Origin: Escherichia coli O157:H7
Lineage (GTDB): Bacteria; Pseudomonadota; Gammaproteobacteria; Enterobacterales; Enterobacteriaceae
NCBI RefSeq assembly: GCF_013167455.1
Contig: NZ_CP038328.1
Length of the DNA stretch: 64,000 bases
Strand: one strand, 5' to 3'
Made by a program: the position numbers and the translations under genes. Positions 19,419-32,650 of the stretch are shown one piece after another; positions within the stretch are counted from its first letter, which is position 1, and the number at the start of each line of letters is the position of its first letter. Under the pieces are notes generated by a model. That model ran no database searches. It was not told where the DNA came from and worked only from the letters and a program-made list of their open reading frames with translations.

Positions 19419-20720
19419 TCAAGCAGAGGTAAATTGCGGGATGTTATGCCATAACGGCCAGCTAAACGAGAAGCGGGCACCACCCAGTTCGCTGGTGTCA
19501 CAATTAACCGTACCGCCCATTGCCAGTGCTATAGAGTGGACAATTGCCAGCCCCAGCCCGCAGCCGCCGGTTGAGCGATCCCGGCTGGGATCGAGGCGAA
19601 CAAAAGGTTCAAAGATATGTTCGCGGTTTTCTGGGGCAATCCCTGGGCCATCATCCTCAACAATTAATGTCGCTCTATTCCCCGACAGTAGCAGGCTGGT
19701 TTCAACCGTTGAATGGCAGTAGCGCAGGGCATTATTGAGCAAATTATCCAGCACGCGCTCCATTAAGCGCATATCCAACGCCGCATAATGGCCTTGCATG
19801 AGCGTTTTTATCCGTACCGTTTTATCGGGCGTTACTGCCTGAATATCTGCCAGATGCGTTGACAGCCACAACGGCAGGTCTGGTTCGCTAAGATGAAGCT
19901 CGTTTTGTGGGCGATCGAGTCGGGCATAAGTCAGCAGCTCTTCAATTAAAGCTTCAAGTTGACTGATATCACGATTCAACGCCTGGGATTCGGCGGCGCT
20001 CAGGTTATCGCTCATCTCCAGTCGATAACGCAGGCGCACTAACGGTGTTCGCAGTTCGTGAGCGATACCGTCAATAAGCTGTTTTTTGCTGGCAATCAAG
20101 GCGTTGATATTGTCCGCCATCTGGTTAAATGCGATACCAAGTCGTTCAAAGCTCGAACCCTCATCAAAGTGGATACGTTCATTGAGATGCCCATCGCCAA
20201 ATCGTTGCGCCGCTGCTTCCAGTTTTAACATATCCTGCCAGTGCGGACGCATCCAGATAAACACCGGAAAGGCGAGGGAAATAGCAATAAAAGCGATCAG
20301 GGCGATATCCAGCAATCGCATCTGATGGAGATAATAAAGATAAGGAACAGGACCAACTGCCAGCACGTAGTGGCTGCGCGGGATACGCTGCAAAAAAGTG
20401 TACTGATCGTCCAGGGCGACAATTTCGCCGCCACGCAGCCGGTGCATGGAAATATCATCAAGATGGTATTTACTCAGTGGCTCGACTCGCAGATCGAAAG
20501 AGAGATTTAAATCCATCTCTTTCAGCGTCTTACCCCAGTCATGTGGGGGGATCTCACGCAATTCGCTGCGCATCAGATACAGCGAACTGTTCATCAAATC
20601 ATCCAGCGACTGTTTGCCCGCGCGTTCGGCGGTAAATTTGTACACCAACCCAACCAGCAGAGACATCACAAGGAAGCAGACAAACAATAACAGGTAAAAC
20701 TGGATAAACAGTTTTTTCAT
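19419..20720 (-). CDS. rstB: Two-component sensor histidine kinase
   Basis: 433-aa ORF, N-terminal TM segments, H-box (IAHELRTPL) and ATPase domain. Confidence 0.9.
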   Translation of the reverse strand: MKKLFIQFYLLLFVCFLVMSLLVGLVYKFTAERAGKQSLDDLMNSSLYLMRSELREIPPHDWGKTLKEMDLNLSFDLRVEPLSKYHLDDISMHRLRGGEIVALDDQYTFLQRIPRSHYVLAVGPVPYLYYLHQMRLLDIALIAFIAISLAFPVFIWMRPHWQDMLKLEAAAQRFGDGHLNERIHFDEGSSFERLGIAFNQMADNINALIASKKQLIDGIAHELRTPLVRLRYRLEMSDNLSAAESQALNRDISQLEALIEELLTYARLDRPQNELHLSEPDLPLWLSTHLADIQAVTPDKTVRIKTLMQGHYAALDMRLMERVLDNLLNNALRYCHSTVETSLLLSGNRATLIVEDDGPGIAPENREHIFEPFVRLDPSRDRSTGGCGLGLAIVHSIALAMGGTVNCDTSELGGARFSFSWPLWHNIPQFTSA

Positions 20721-20723
20721 CGC

Positions 20724-21443
20724 TTATTCCCATGCATGAGGCGCAAAAAGATAGCCTTTGTTACGCACAGTTTTAATGCGATAAGGTTCAGCGGCGTTAT
20801 CGAGCAGTTTTTTTCTTAACCGCGAAATAGCCACGTCCACGCTACGATCCAGGCCGTCATAACTGACGCCGCGTAAATTTTTCAGCAATGCATCGCGGTC
20901 CATGATTTGCCCGGCATGGGTAGCTAATTCCCACAATAATTCGAAATCAGCTGTCGAGAGCGAGATTTCAGTGTTAGCCAGGGTGACTACGCGGTTGATA
21001 GGATCGATGGTCAACGTGCCGAAATGCAGGGCTTTGTAGGGAGTCAGTGACGTTTCCTGAAGACCTTTGGTCAGCGTGGCTTGCTCATTCTGACGCAAAT
21101 GCAAACGTAAACGCGCTAACAAAACAGCAGGGGGCGTCGTTTTGAGAATATAGTCGCAGGCACCCATTTCCAGTGCCAGGATGTGGTTCATATCGCTATC
21201 GAGAGAGGTTAGAAGAACAATCGGTCCGGACCACTTTGCGCGTAAATCACGACAAATGGTCATGCCGTCCTTGCCTGGTAGCATGATGTCGAGTAACACC
21301 AAATCCGGATTTTCTCGCAAAATGGTTTCTTCGGCCTGGTCGCCGCGCGGCTCTACGGTAACCTGTATATCATGTTTTGCCAGGTACGCGGCAATCAGTG
21401 AACCGACTTCCGCATCATCTTCCACAAATACGATAGTGTTCAT
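20724..21443 (-). CDS. rstA: OmpR-family response regulator
   Basis: Start at internal ATG 21443 (MNTIVFVEDD...), 239 aa; receiver plus winged-helix domain. Confidence 0.9.
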   Translation of the reverse strand: MNTIVFVEDDAEVGSLIAAYLAKHDIQVTVEPRGDQAEETILRENPDLVLLDIMLPGKDGMTICRDLRAKWSGPIVLLTSLDSDMNHILALEMGACDYILKTTPPAVLLARLRLHLRQNEQATLTKGLQETSLTPYKALHFGTLTIDPINRVVTLANTEISLSTADFELLWELATHAGQIMDRDALLKNLRGVSYDGLDRSVDVAISRLRKKLLDNAAEPYRIKTVRNKGYLFAPHAWE

Positions 21444-21571
21444 AACATTCACGGTAGATATAAAAACGTCACAATACACCGCGCTGTTTTTACTTACTAT
21501 CAATCGTTTCTAAACAAGTTTTCATCAGGTATTCTACTGATGACTTGTTATGGAAGTGTTAAGGTAAAAAG

Positions 21572-21907
21572 ATGGGGCTGGTAATCAAAGCCGCGCTCGG
21601 TGCGCTGGTAGTGCTGTTGATTGGTGTTTTAGCAAAAACGAAAAATTATTATATCGCCGGGCTGATTCCACTTTTCCCGACCTTTGCGCTTATCGCGCAT
21701 TATATTGTTGCCAGCGAACGCGGCATTGAAGCCTTACGCGCAACCATCATTTTTAGTATGTGGTCGATTATTCCCTATTTTGTTTACCTGGTGTCGCTGT
21801 GGTATTTCACCGGAATGATGCGCTTGCCCGCCGCTTTTGTTGGTTCTGTTGCGTGTTGGGGGATAAGCGCATGGGTGTTGATTATATGCTGGATAAAGCT
21901 GCATTAA
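21572..21907 (+). CDS. ydgC: GlpM-family inner membrane protein
   Basis: 111-aa hydrophobic ORF; synteny. Confidence 0.8.
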   Translation: MGLVIKAALGALVVLLIGVLAKTKNYYIAGLIPLFPTFALIAHYIVASERGIEALRATIIFSMWSIIPYFVYLVSLWYFTGMMRLPAAFVGSVACWGISAWVLIICWIKLH

Positions 21908-22626
21908 CGCAGATGACGACCGCCATCAAGTGGGAAACTGCGTCCGGTGACAAAGCAACTGGTAAGTAAGTAATCGACCAGGTCGATCACTTCTTTCTCG
22001 CCAGGCGCGGTTTTCATCAATGATTTATTCAGCGCCTGTTGTCGATATTCGGCATCATCATGTTCATTAAACAGGATCAGCGATGGCGCAATAGAATTCA
22101 CTTTCACTTCCGGTGCCAGCTTGCGGGCAAACGAGCGGGTCATATTATCCAGTGCCGCTTTGCTTGCAGCATACGCAATATGTTTGTCGCTACCGCGCTC
22201 CACCACATAATCGGTAAAGTGAATGATATCGCTGGCGGCGTGTCCGTGCCCACGCAGTAATCTTTCCAGCGCATGGTTGAGCAGGTATGGGGTATTAACG
22301 TGGATCTGCATCATGCAAGCCAGTACGTCGGCCAGTGGCGCACCCGGTTTTTCCGCCATCCACGCACTGGCGTTATGCAAAATAGCACGCAGACCATGGG
22401 TGCTTTTTAGTACTTCATCGGCAAACGCCATCACACCGTCGTTGGTCGAAAAATCAGCCTGAATACACTGCGCACCTGCATTAATCAGTCCATCAATGGC
22501 TGGATAGTGTGTCCGATAGCTGACAATCACCGGTTGCTTTTGATTAATGAAATGCCATGCGAGGGCGAGGCCGATGCGACGACCTCCGCCAGTAATTAAT
22601 ATTGGCAAGGGCTGGGTTTTACCCAT
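21904..22626 (-). CDS. folM: Dihydromonapterin/dihydrofolate reductase (SDR family)
   Basis: 240-aa ORF with N-terminal GGGRRIG nucleotide-binding motif. Confidence 0.88.
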   Translation of the reverse strand: MGKTQPLPILITGGGRRIGLALAWHFINQKQPVIVSYRTHYPAIDGLINAGAQCIQADFSTNDGVMAFADEVLKSTHGLRAILHNASAWMAEKPGAPLADVLACMMQIHVNTPYLLNHALERLLRGHGHAASDIIHFTDYVVERGSDKHIAYAASKAALDNMTRSFARKLAPEVKVNSIAPSLILFNEHDDAEYRQQALNKSLMKTAPGEKEVIDLVDYLLTSCFVTGRSFPLDGGRHLR

Positions 22627-22662
22627 CGTTATCTCCTTTGCTATCCAACGATGGGATGAACG

Positions 22663-24045
22663 TTATCCCACCAGCATCCAGGTCGCCGGAACTGAGGCAA
22701 TTAACAGCATGCCAATCAGCACCATTTCCTGACGGTTCAGTACATTATCATGTGTATGCGTTTTGCGCGCATACAGGAAAACCAGCAGCCCCGGTGCATA
22801 CAGAACAACGGATAACAGCAAGTGCATTGGACCAGAGGCGTACAATAACCATAAGCCATAAATGCAGGCACCGACACCTACCGCTTTATGCAGTGGACGG
22901 GTTGCGATTTTCAGCAAGAACGCGCCGACCAGGAAATAGGGCACCAGAATCATTTCTGAGGCGATGGTCAGCAACGTGTTGTAATCGGAACCGGTCAGCC
23001 AGATGAGTACCAGACAAATTTGCACGCAGATGTTTGTCAACCACAGTGAGGCGGATGGCGCAGCTTGTGCGTTCTGGCGCGCAAAAATGCGTGGGAATGC
23101 TTTATGAGTGGCAGCCAGGAACGGAACTTCTGCCGCCATGATGGTCCAGCTTAAGTACGCGCCGCAAACGGAAACGATCAAACCGGCAGCGATGATGATT
23201 TCGCCCCACGGTCCCATCATTTCCACCATCAGACCGGCCATTGACGGGTTACGAATTTCAGCCAGTTCAGGACGTGCCACCACTCCCAGCGAAAGCAGCG
23301 TTACCAGCAAGTAAACGCCCAGAGCGGAGAGAACCGCCAGCAGTGTCGCTTTGCCAACATCACGTTTATTACGCGCACGCGCAGAAACAACCACGGCACC
23401 TTCCACACCAATGAAAACCCACAGGGTGATCAGCATGGTGTTTTTCACCTGTTCCCAAACAGGTACGCCAAGTGCAAGTCCGGTGAAGTCGAGCTTGAAG
23501 ATATCCAGTTTGAACATCATCATCGCCAGCACAACAAACAGACCCAGCGGCAACAATTTTGCCAGTGTCGCCACCAGGTTAATGCTGGCAGCGGTTTGCA
23601 CCCCGCGCAGGATCAAAAAGTGAACAATCCACAATAAAGCCGATGCACCGACTATCGATTGCCAGGTATTACCATCGCCAAACAGGCGCAATTCCGGCGT
23701 GTCCGTAAAAAAGCTTAACGCGGAAAAAACGATCACCAGATAGGAGACGTTGGCGATGACTGCGCACAGCCAGTATCCCCATGCGGAACAAAAGCCGATT
23801 AGCTCGCCAAACCCTTCGCGGGCATAGGTAAAGATACCGCCGTCAAGTTCGGGACGAATGCGCGTGAGGATCAGCATGGCAAAGGCCAGCAATAAAATGC
23901 CAGCGCCAGTAATACCCCAGCCGATGAGCAGTGCTGCCGGGCTGGCAACTGCCGCCATATTTTGCGGCAGACTGAAAACACCCGCGCCCAGCATTGAGCT
24001 TAATACCAGCGCGGTGAGTGCGCTCAGTCCCAGTTTCTTTTCCAT
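22663..24045 (-). CDS. ydgI: APC-family amino acid antiporter (putative arginine:ornithine)
   Basis: 460-aa polytopic membrane ORF. Confidence 0.85.
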   Translation of the reverse strand: MEKKLGLSALTALVLSSMLGAGVFSLPQNMAAVASPAALLIGWGITGAGILLLAFAMLILTRIRPELDGGIFTYAREGFGELIGFCSAWGYWLCAVIANVSYLVIVFSALSFFTDTPELRLFGDGNTWQSIVGASALLWIVHFLILRGVQTAASINLVATLAKLLPLGLFVVLAMMMFKLDIFKLDFTGLALGVPVWEQVKNTMLITLWVFIGVEGAVVVSARARNKRDVGKATLLAVLSALGVYLLVTLLSLGVVARPELAEIRNPSMAGLMVEMMGPWGEIIIAAGLIVSVCGAYLSWTIMAAEVPFLAATHKAFPRIFARQNAQAAPSASLWLTNICVQICLVLIWLTGSDYNTLLTIASEMILVPYFLVGAFLLKIATRPLHKAVGVGACIYGLWLLYASGPMHLLLSVVLYAPGLLVFLYARKTHTHDNVLNRQEMVLIGMLLIASVPATWMLVG

Positions 24046-24230
24046 CGATATCCAGTGATTAAAACGTGATAAGAAGAATAAATATTAGGGCAAAACGCAT
24101 AAAAATGGAGTTTGCCACTGAAGCGCGGGATTTTACGAAGAGATGTGTCTGCATGCAATGGTCGCGGGGAAATTTGTGACTAAAAATGCGAAAGGCGGCA
24201 TCAAGCCGCCTTATAAGAGTAACTGAATAG

Positions 24231-25175
24231 TTATTTATACAGATCTGCACTGACGGTCAGGTTATTACCACGTTCCTGCCACTGGCGGGTGATGTGGTAA
24301 TATTTAGCACCTTTCTTCGCGGCTCGTTTCGCAACCTGATAGGAGACTTCGGTCATGTTGCCGTAGTTGCCAGAGAATTTGATGCTGTCGAACGGGACCA
24401 TCATCGCTGCTGTCGCTTTGTTCAGTTCTTCGACTTTAGTGCCATCCGGAAGCGTGACAGTGTAACGCCCGCCTTTTGATGACTGGGTTTCAAAGAAGCG
24501 ACCGACTTCAGAACTTGGTGATGCGGTAGTCGCAACACCCGGGATCTCAACTTTCTTCGCGGCTTCGCCACCGGCAGCCAGAGCTGCACGTCCTGCTTCG
24601 GAATCTGCCGGGATCACATCCGGGCTCTGGACGATACGTTTCTTAGCATCTTTTTTATAGATGAATGCAGTAATACGCTGGTTGCCGCCCTGGTTGGCAT
24701 CGATTTGACGAACGATGTAGAAAGAGTAGGCACCTTTCGCTTTTGCCGCTTTGGTGATGGCATCATTGACTTCTGGCTGGCTACGATAGAAGCCCTGGAC
24801 GGTGACCGTGTCAAACGGTTCAATCAGAACAGCCTGATCTTTCGGCAGTTCGACAACACCGTTAATTACGCGATTACTTGTTTCTTCTGCTTTTTCAGCA
24901 TCGGCTTTATAGAGGTCAGCGACCACACGCCAGTTACCGCTGTTCCCAAAATCAGAAGTGTCGACAACATAAAAAGAGGCGGCACCTTCTTTATCTGCGC
25001 GACGAGAAACGGCTTTCACCGCTTCGCCAATAGCATTAAAACGACCGGTAACCACTACACGGTCAAAAGGTTTAACCGCTGCCGCTTGCTCCGGTGTCAG
25101 TTCTGTTGCTGCGTTAACGGAGAATGCCGTAGCAGAAAGCAGTGCCGACGCCAGGAGGGTGTTCTTAAGCTTCAT
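24231..25175 (-). CDS. ydgH: DUF1471-repeat periplasmic protein
   Basis: 314-aa ORF with signal peptide and three internal repeats of a ~90-aa module. Confidence 0.82.
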   Translation of the reverse strand: MKLKNTLLASALLSATAFSVNAATELTPEQAAAVKPFDRVVVTGRFNAIGEAVKAVSRRADKEGAASFYVVDTSDFGNSGNWRVVADLYKADAEKAEETSNRVINGVVELPKDQAVLIEPFDTVTVQGFYRSQPEVNDAITKAAKAKGAYSFYIVRQIDANQGGNQRITAFIYKKDAKKRIVQSPDVIPADSEAGRAALAAGGEAAKKVEIPGVATTASPSSEVGRFFETQSSKGGRYTVTLPDGTKVEELNKATAAMMVPFDSIKFSGNYGNMTEVSYQVAKRAAKKGAKYYHITRQWQERGNNLTVSADLYK

Positions 25176-25635
25176 AAAAATAATCCTTCGCCTTGCGCAA
25201 ACCAGGTACTGGTATTGTTATTAACGAGAAACGTGGCTGATTATTGCATTTAAACGGTGTAACTGTCTGCGTCATTTTTCATATCACATTCCTTAAGCCA
25301 ATTTTAATCCTGCTCAAATGACCGTCTATGCTTAAAAAACAGCCGTATCAGCATCATTACTACTGAAGCAACTGAATTGTATAAGTTAATTTAATGTTAA
25401 GTAGTGATTCGTGCCGGGGCGATGTCTCGTTTTACCCGACCGTCGAAGACAATTATCAGTCTTTATCCGGCGTTCTAAGGTGTTTATCCCACTATCACGG
25501 CTGAATCGTTAATATTTTGCGAGTTCACGCCGAAATACTGATTTTTGGCGCTAGATCACAGGCATAATTTTCAGTACGTTATAGGGCGTTTGTTACTAAT
25601 TTATTTTAACGGAGTAACATTTAGCTCGTACATGA

Positions 25636-27231
<1,596 letters not shown>

Positions 27232-27238
27232 GGGGTAA

Positions 27239-28630
<1,392 letters not shown>

Positions 28631-28634
28631 CCCT

Positions 28635-28656
28635 GACGGCCTCTGCGGAGGCCGTC
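28635..28656. terminator. Bidirectional hairpin terminator between pntB and tqsA
   Basis: gacggcctctgcggaggccgtc perfect hairpin between convergent genes. Confidence 0.6.
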
Positions 28657-29689
28657 ACTCTTTATTGAGATCGCTTAACAGAACGGCGATGCTTTGACCT
28701 CCCGCTGTTTGTTCAAGCGCAATTTTGACAATAATTGTTAACGGCACGGAAAGCAGCATACCCACCGGTCCTAACAACCATCCCCAAAAAATCAACGACA
28801 AAAATACCACCAATGTGGAAAGTCCCAGCCCACGCCCCATGATGCGTGGCTCCAGAATATTGCCGAAGACCAGATTAATCAGCAGATATCCCGCCAGCAC
28901 CAACAACGCTTCGTAGAAGCCATTAAACACCAGTACCTGAGCAATAGGGGGGATTGCCGCGAGAACTGAACCAATATTAGGGATGTAATTAAGCGCAAAG
29001 GCCAGCAATCCCCAGACAAAAGCGAAGCGAACATCGAGGGCGGCGAGCATCGCCCATGCGACCAGGCCGGTGATGATGCTGATGGCTGTTTTCAGCACCA
29101 GATAATGAGACACACTGTCAATCGCACGCTGAATCGCCGCCATCCCTTCAACCGGACGCGCCATCATTTGCTTAAATTTTCCGGGCAATTGTGGCACTTC
29201 GAGCAGCATAAACAGCACCGTCAGCAGCAATAAAAATATTGATGACATGGCATTAGATAACTGCGTCAATAAGTTGGTGAGCAACGTCATCGCCGCGTTC
29301 GGATCAATGTAATGCGCCAGTTGGTCAACTGAGACGTCAATCCCTACGCGTTGCAACAACGGCTCAAGAGCTTGCAGCGGCGTCATAATAGAGTTGCGAT
29401 ATTGCGGTAACGTCCGCGTCAACTCGTTGAGCGTGGAACCCAGATAAGCTAACAGCAACACCATAGCCATCACGATGATGGTCATCAAAATCGACACTGC
29501 CAGTACACGCGGCACACGCCAGCGGACCATGTGTTGCACCAGCGGGTTAAGAATAACAGCAATAAATAATGCGAGAATAAACGGCACGATGATCTCGGCG
29601 GCAAAACGGATACCGCAGAGAATAATGACCAGCATTCCCAACATAATGACGATTTTTAGGCCATTGAGCGTGATGAGCGGCTTTGCCAT
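28655..29689 (-). CDS. tqsA: AI-2E-family transporter
   Basis: 344-aa polytopic membrane ORF; synteny. Confidence 0.88.
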   Translation of the reverse strand: MAKPLITLNGLKIVIMLGMLVIILCGIRFAAEIIVPFILALFIAVILNPLVQHMVRWRVPRVLAVSILMTIIVMAMVLLLAYLGSTLNELTRTLPQYRNSIMTPLQALEPLLQRVGIDVSVDQLAHYIDPNAAMTLLTNLLTQLSNAMSSIFLLLLTVLFMLLEVPQLPGKFKQMMARPVEGMAAIQRAIDSVSHYLVLKTAISIITGLVAWAMLAALDVRFAFVWGLLAFALNYIPNIGSVLAAIPPIAQVLVFNGFYEALLVLAGYLLINLVFGNILEPRIMGRGLGLSTLVVFLSLIFWGWLLGPVGMLLSVPLTIIVKIALEQTAGGQSIAVLLSDLNKE

Positions 29690-30100
29690 GCTTGTCCCCG
29701 TTTTTTCTTCCTTTGCTAATAATAATGTCTTTTTCGCTCCGTCATCATAACGAAAATCAAACCGCTCAGGTAAAGAAGTGAAAATATTTTGAGTTAATTC
29801 TTAAGCTATGATACAAATCAGGCGTGTTCAACTACCGAGGACAATTATCATCCGCGATGACGAGAAGCAACACTGCGGATAATTGTAATATTATGGACAA
29901 TTTGTTCAGGACGTTATTTTCTACATTTACCCATCTTCGTACCTCATCCACTATCTTGCTCGTAGGTGAGCAGCACTGGCGCAACGCGCTTTAGTCCTTT
30001 CTTCTGCCTAAGCTTGCCCTATACGCGGGGCTTGACCACTTTACTTTGGTTTCGCTGAATTAAGCGAAAATTAAAATAATTCTCTTGCAGGAGAAGGACA

Positions 30101-30466
30101 ATGTATATTTATTGGATTTTATTAGGTCTGGCTATTGCTACAGAAATTACCGGTACGCTGTCTATGAAATGGGCGAGCGTCAGTGAGGGAAATGGCGGCT
30201 TTATTTTAATGCTGGTGATGATTTCTCTGTCGTATATATTTCTCTCTTTCGCTGTTAAAAAAATAGCCTTAGGTGTGGCTTATGCGCTGTGGGAAGGTAT
30301 CGGTATTTTATTTATTACCTTGTTTAGCGTTTTGTTATTCGACGAAAGTTTATCGCTGATGAAAATTGCCGGGTTAACCACCCTGGTCGCCGGGATAGTG
30401 TTGATCAAATCAGGTACCCGTAAAGCACGTAAACCTGAACTGGAGGTGAACCATGGCGCAGTTTGA
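30101..30466 (+). CDS. mdtJ: SMR-family spermidine exporter subunit
   Basis: 121-aa 4-TM ORF overlapping mdtI by 14 nt. Confidence 0.88.
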
Positions 30467-30782
30467 ATGGGTTCACGCCGCCTGGCTGGCATTGGCAATC
30501 GTGCTGGAAATCGTTGCTAACGTCTTTTTGAAATTTTCTGACGGCTTTCGTCGCAAAATATTTGGCTTGCTCTCCCTGGCGGCGGTGCTGGCTGCCTTTA
30601 GTGCGCTTTCTCAGGCCGTTAAAGGGATCGACTTGTCTGTCGCTTATGCATTGTGGGGCGGGTTTGGTATTGCCGCCACGTTAGCCGCAGGTTGGATCTT
30701 GTTTGGTCAACGGTTAAATCGTAAAGGCTGGATTGGCCTGGTCTTGCTGTTGGCTGGAATGATCATGGTGAAACTTGCCTGA
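30453..30782 (+). CDS. mdtI: SMR-family spermidine exporter subunit
   Basis: 109-aa 4-TM ORF. Confidence 0.88.
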
Positions 30783-30788
30783 TGAAGA

Positions 30789-30814
30789 CGCTGCCCGCGC
30801 TGTCGGGCAGCGTT
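30789..30814. terminator. Hairpin terminator between mdtI and ydgD
   Basis: acgctgcccgcgctgtcgggcagcgt hairpin. Confidence 0.6.
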
Positions 30815-30820
30815 TGAACA

Positions 30821-31642
30821 TTATTTTTGCGACAGTTGATCCAGCTTGTCGCGAAAACCGGTAACAGAAATGGCCCGGTTATCGGCGCGCCAGCGATCTT
30901 TCGCGGCAGGAGCCGAACTTTGCACCCCAATTAATTGCCAGCCGTCATCGGTATGCAACATCAGAGGCGAACCGCTGTCACCCGGCAAGGTATCGCACTG
31001 ATGTGACATCACCGACGTTTGCGCCCAGCCAGTCACTTCACAGTTTTGATGACTGTACAACGTATCGAGATGATCTTCAGGGTATCCTGCCTGAGTCACT
31101 TTACGACCTGCCGCTTTTAATGCGGCGGTAAGCGCGGCTTTATCTCCCTCAAATAACGGCAACGGCGTAATGCCAGAAGGGGGATTACGTAGCACAATCA
31201 ATCCGAAGTCCCACGGCGCGGCTGCGGGAGGTACAATCCAACCATCCCCATCTGCTTTTAACCGCTTTCCCAGTGTCGGATCAACGCGGCCTTCTATGTC
31301 GTGGATGTCATAGCGCCAAAGACCTTTATTTGACACAAAACGCAGCGCCACTGCTTTATCGGCTTTACCCTTTGGTGGCGTCAATAAACAGTGTCCTGCC
31401 GTTAATGCCAGATTGGGTGCAATCAGCGTCGCCGTACATAAATTGCCGCTGGCCGTTTCCAGTTGCCCAACCGCATCCCACGGTGATTGGGTCGTGTCAT
31501 TCACTGGCACACGATCATCATGACCAAAAAACAGGGTGCTGACCTCATCGTTTGCCGATTTGGCAACGTCTGGTTTATCTGCAAACACAAAAGCAGACGT
31601 CAAACTAATTGCACCCAACACTACAGCAATGGTTGTACGCAT
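30821..31642 (-). CDS. ydgD: Secreted trypsin-like serine peptidase
   Basis: 273-aa ORF with signal peptide, TAGHC and GDSGSP serine protease motifs. Confidence 0.85.
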   Translation of the reverse strand: MRTTIAVVLGAISLTSAFVFADKPDVAKSANDEVSTLFFGHDDRVPVNDTTQSPWDAVGQLETASGNLCTATLIAPNLALTAGHCLLTPPKGKADKAVALRFVSNKGLWRYDIHDIEGRVDPTLGKRLKADGDGWIVPPAAAPWDFGLIVLRNPPSGITPLPLFEGDKAALTAALKAAGRKVTQAGYPEDHLDTLYSHQNCEVTGWAQTSVMSHQCDTLPGDSGSPLMLHTDDGWQLIGVQSSAPAAKDRWRADNRAISVTGFRDKLDQLSQK

Positions 31643-31741
31643 ATCACACTCTGGTGGGTAATTATGATTATTAAAAGCAAACCCTCATAAATACTATAGA
31701 CGGGACGGGATGAAAGTGGGAGTAAAATCAGATAACTACGA

Positions 31742-31825
31742 TCAGGAAAGATAAAAACGGGCGGCAATCAGTGCGCATAAAATAAGGATGATAAGAATGA
31801 ACTCAAAGCGATAACGGCCCACCAT
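31742..31825 (-). CDS. ydgU: 27-aa hydrophobic small protein (below the ORF-track size cutoff)
   Basis: ATG preceded by GGAGGG; MVGRYRFEFILIILILCALIAARFYLS; position between asr and ydgD. Confidence 0.55.
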   Translation of the reverse strand: MVGRYRFEFILIILILCALIAARFYLS

Positions 31826-31917
31826 ACTACCCTCCGCTAAAGGCGGTGCTAAACGTTACCCGCTTAGCACCGTAATTTTCAGGCGCGAGGGGGCGCGCCA
31901 GCATTACTGTTGAAAAC

Positions 31918-32226
31918 TTACGCTGCGGGTTGTGCAGCAGGTTTTGCCGGTTGCTGATGGCTGTGTTTCTTGGCGTGTTTCTTCGCTGCCTGCGCTTTTT
32001 GTTCTGGGGCTTTCTGTTCAGCTTTCGTATTTTTATGATGCTTTTTAGCCGCCTGCGCTTTCTGGGCAGGTGCTGCTTTATGCTGTTTTTTATGATGTGT
32101 AGTTTTCGCCGGCGCTGCTTTGGTGGTCGTCGCAGTCGGAGCAGGTGTGGTCGCAGTCTCTGCAGCAAAGGCGGCAGAAGACAGACCCATAGCAGCGGCA
32201 ACAACCAGAGCTAATACTTTTTTCAT
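31918..32226 (-). CDS. asr: Acid shock protein (periplasmic, low-complexity K/A/Q/H-rich)
   Basis: Start at ATG 32226 ([21 protein letters not shown]...), 102 aa, internal repeats. Confidence 0.88.
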   Translation of the reverse strand: MKKVLALVVAAAMGLSSAAFAAETATTPAPTATTTKAAPAKTTHHKKQHKAAPAQKAQAAKKHHKNTKAEQKAPEQKAQAAKKHAKKHSHQQPAKPAAQPAA

Positions 32227-32496
32227 TGTCATACCCTCAATTTGTTTTTTCATTTAACCCCACTGCGGGGCCGTTGAAAGAACTATATCCCTGGGAATGG
32301 CAGACTTCCGTGAGTGGTTGGTTTCAGCGTGTAACGATATGTACAAACGCTGAATAAATTACAGCGTTGATAATAACGTATTGTGACTTAAGGAAAATTT
32401 AGCTACCAATAATAGTAGTCTTGATCGGGTTAACTATTTTACTACTTACAAAGCGGTAGAATAACTGCGCATCAGTAATAAATGACACACAGCAAA

Positions 32497-32601
32497 ATGA
32501 ATCCGTTTATTTGGGTACTTATAATCCTGATGACGCTAGACGCGCTGCGGGAATTGGCTGGCGCTTCGTCTATTTTAGGATGGCTATTAACGTTGGTTTG
32601 A
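32497..32601 (+). CDS. Candidate 34-aa hydrophobic small ORF in the asr-ynfM intergenic region
   Basis: MNPFIWVLIILMTLDALRELAGASSILGWLLTLV; no clear SD; ends 7 nt before a strong hairpin terminator. Confidence 0.25.
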   Translation: MNPFIWVLIILMTLDALRELAGASSILGWLLTLV

Positions 32602-32607
32602 GCAGGC

Positions 32608-32650
32608 AATAAGTCCGGACGGGTATTTACCGCAGTCCGGACTTATTTTT
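32608..32650. terminator. Bidirectional rho-independent terminator at the ynfM 3' end
   Basis: aataagtccggac...gtccggacttattttt: perfect 8-bp stem flanked by A-run and T-run. Confidence 0.7.

Noticed and set aside
31827..32253. Several overlapping ORFs on both strands across asr (K/R/Q-rich)
   Set aside because: Artefacts of the repetitive, low-complexity asr coding sequence; only the signal-peptide-bearing 102-aa frame is plausible.
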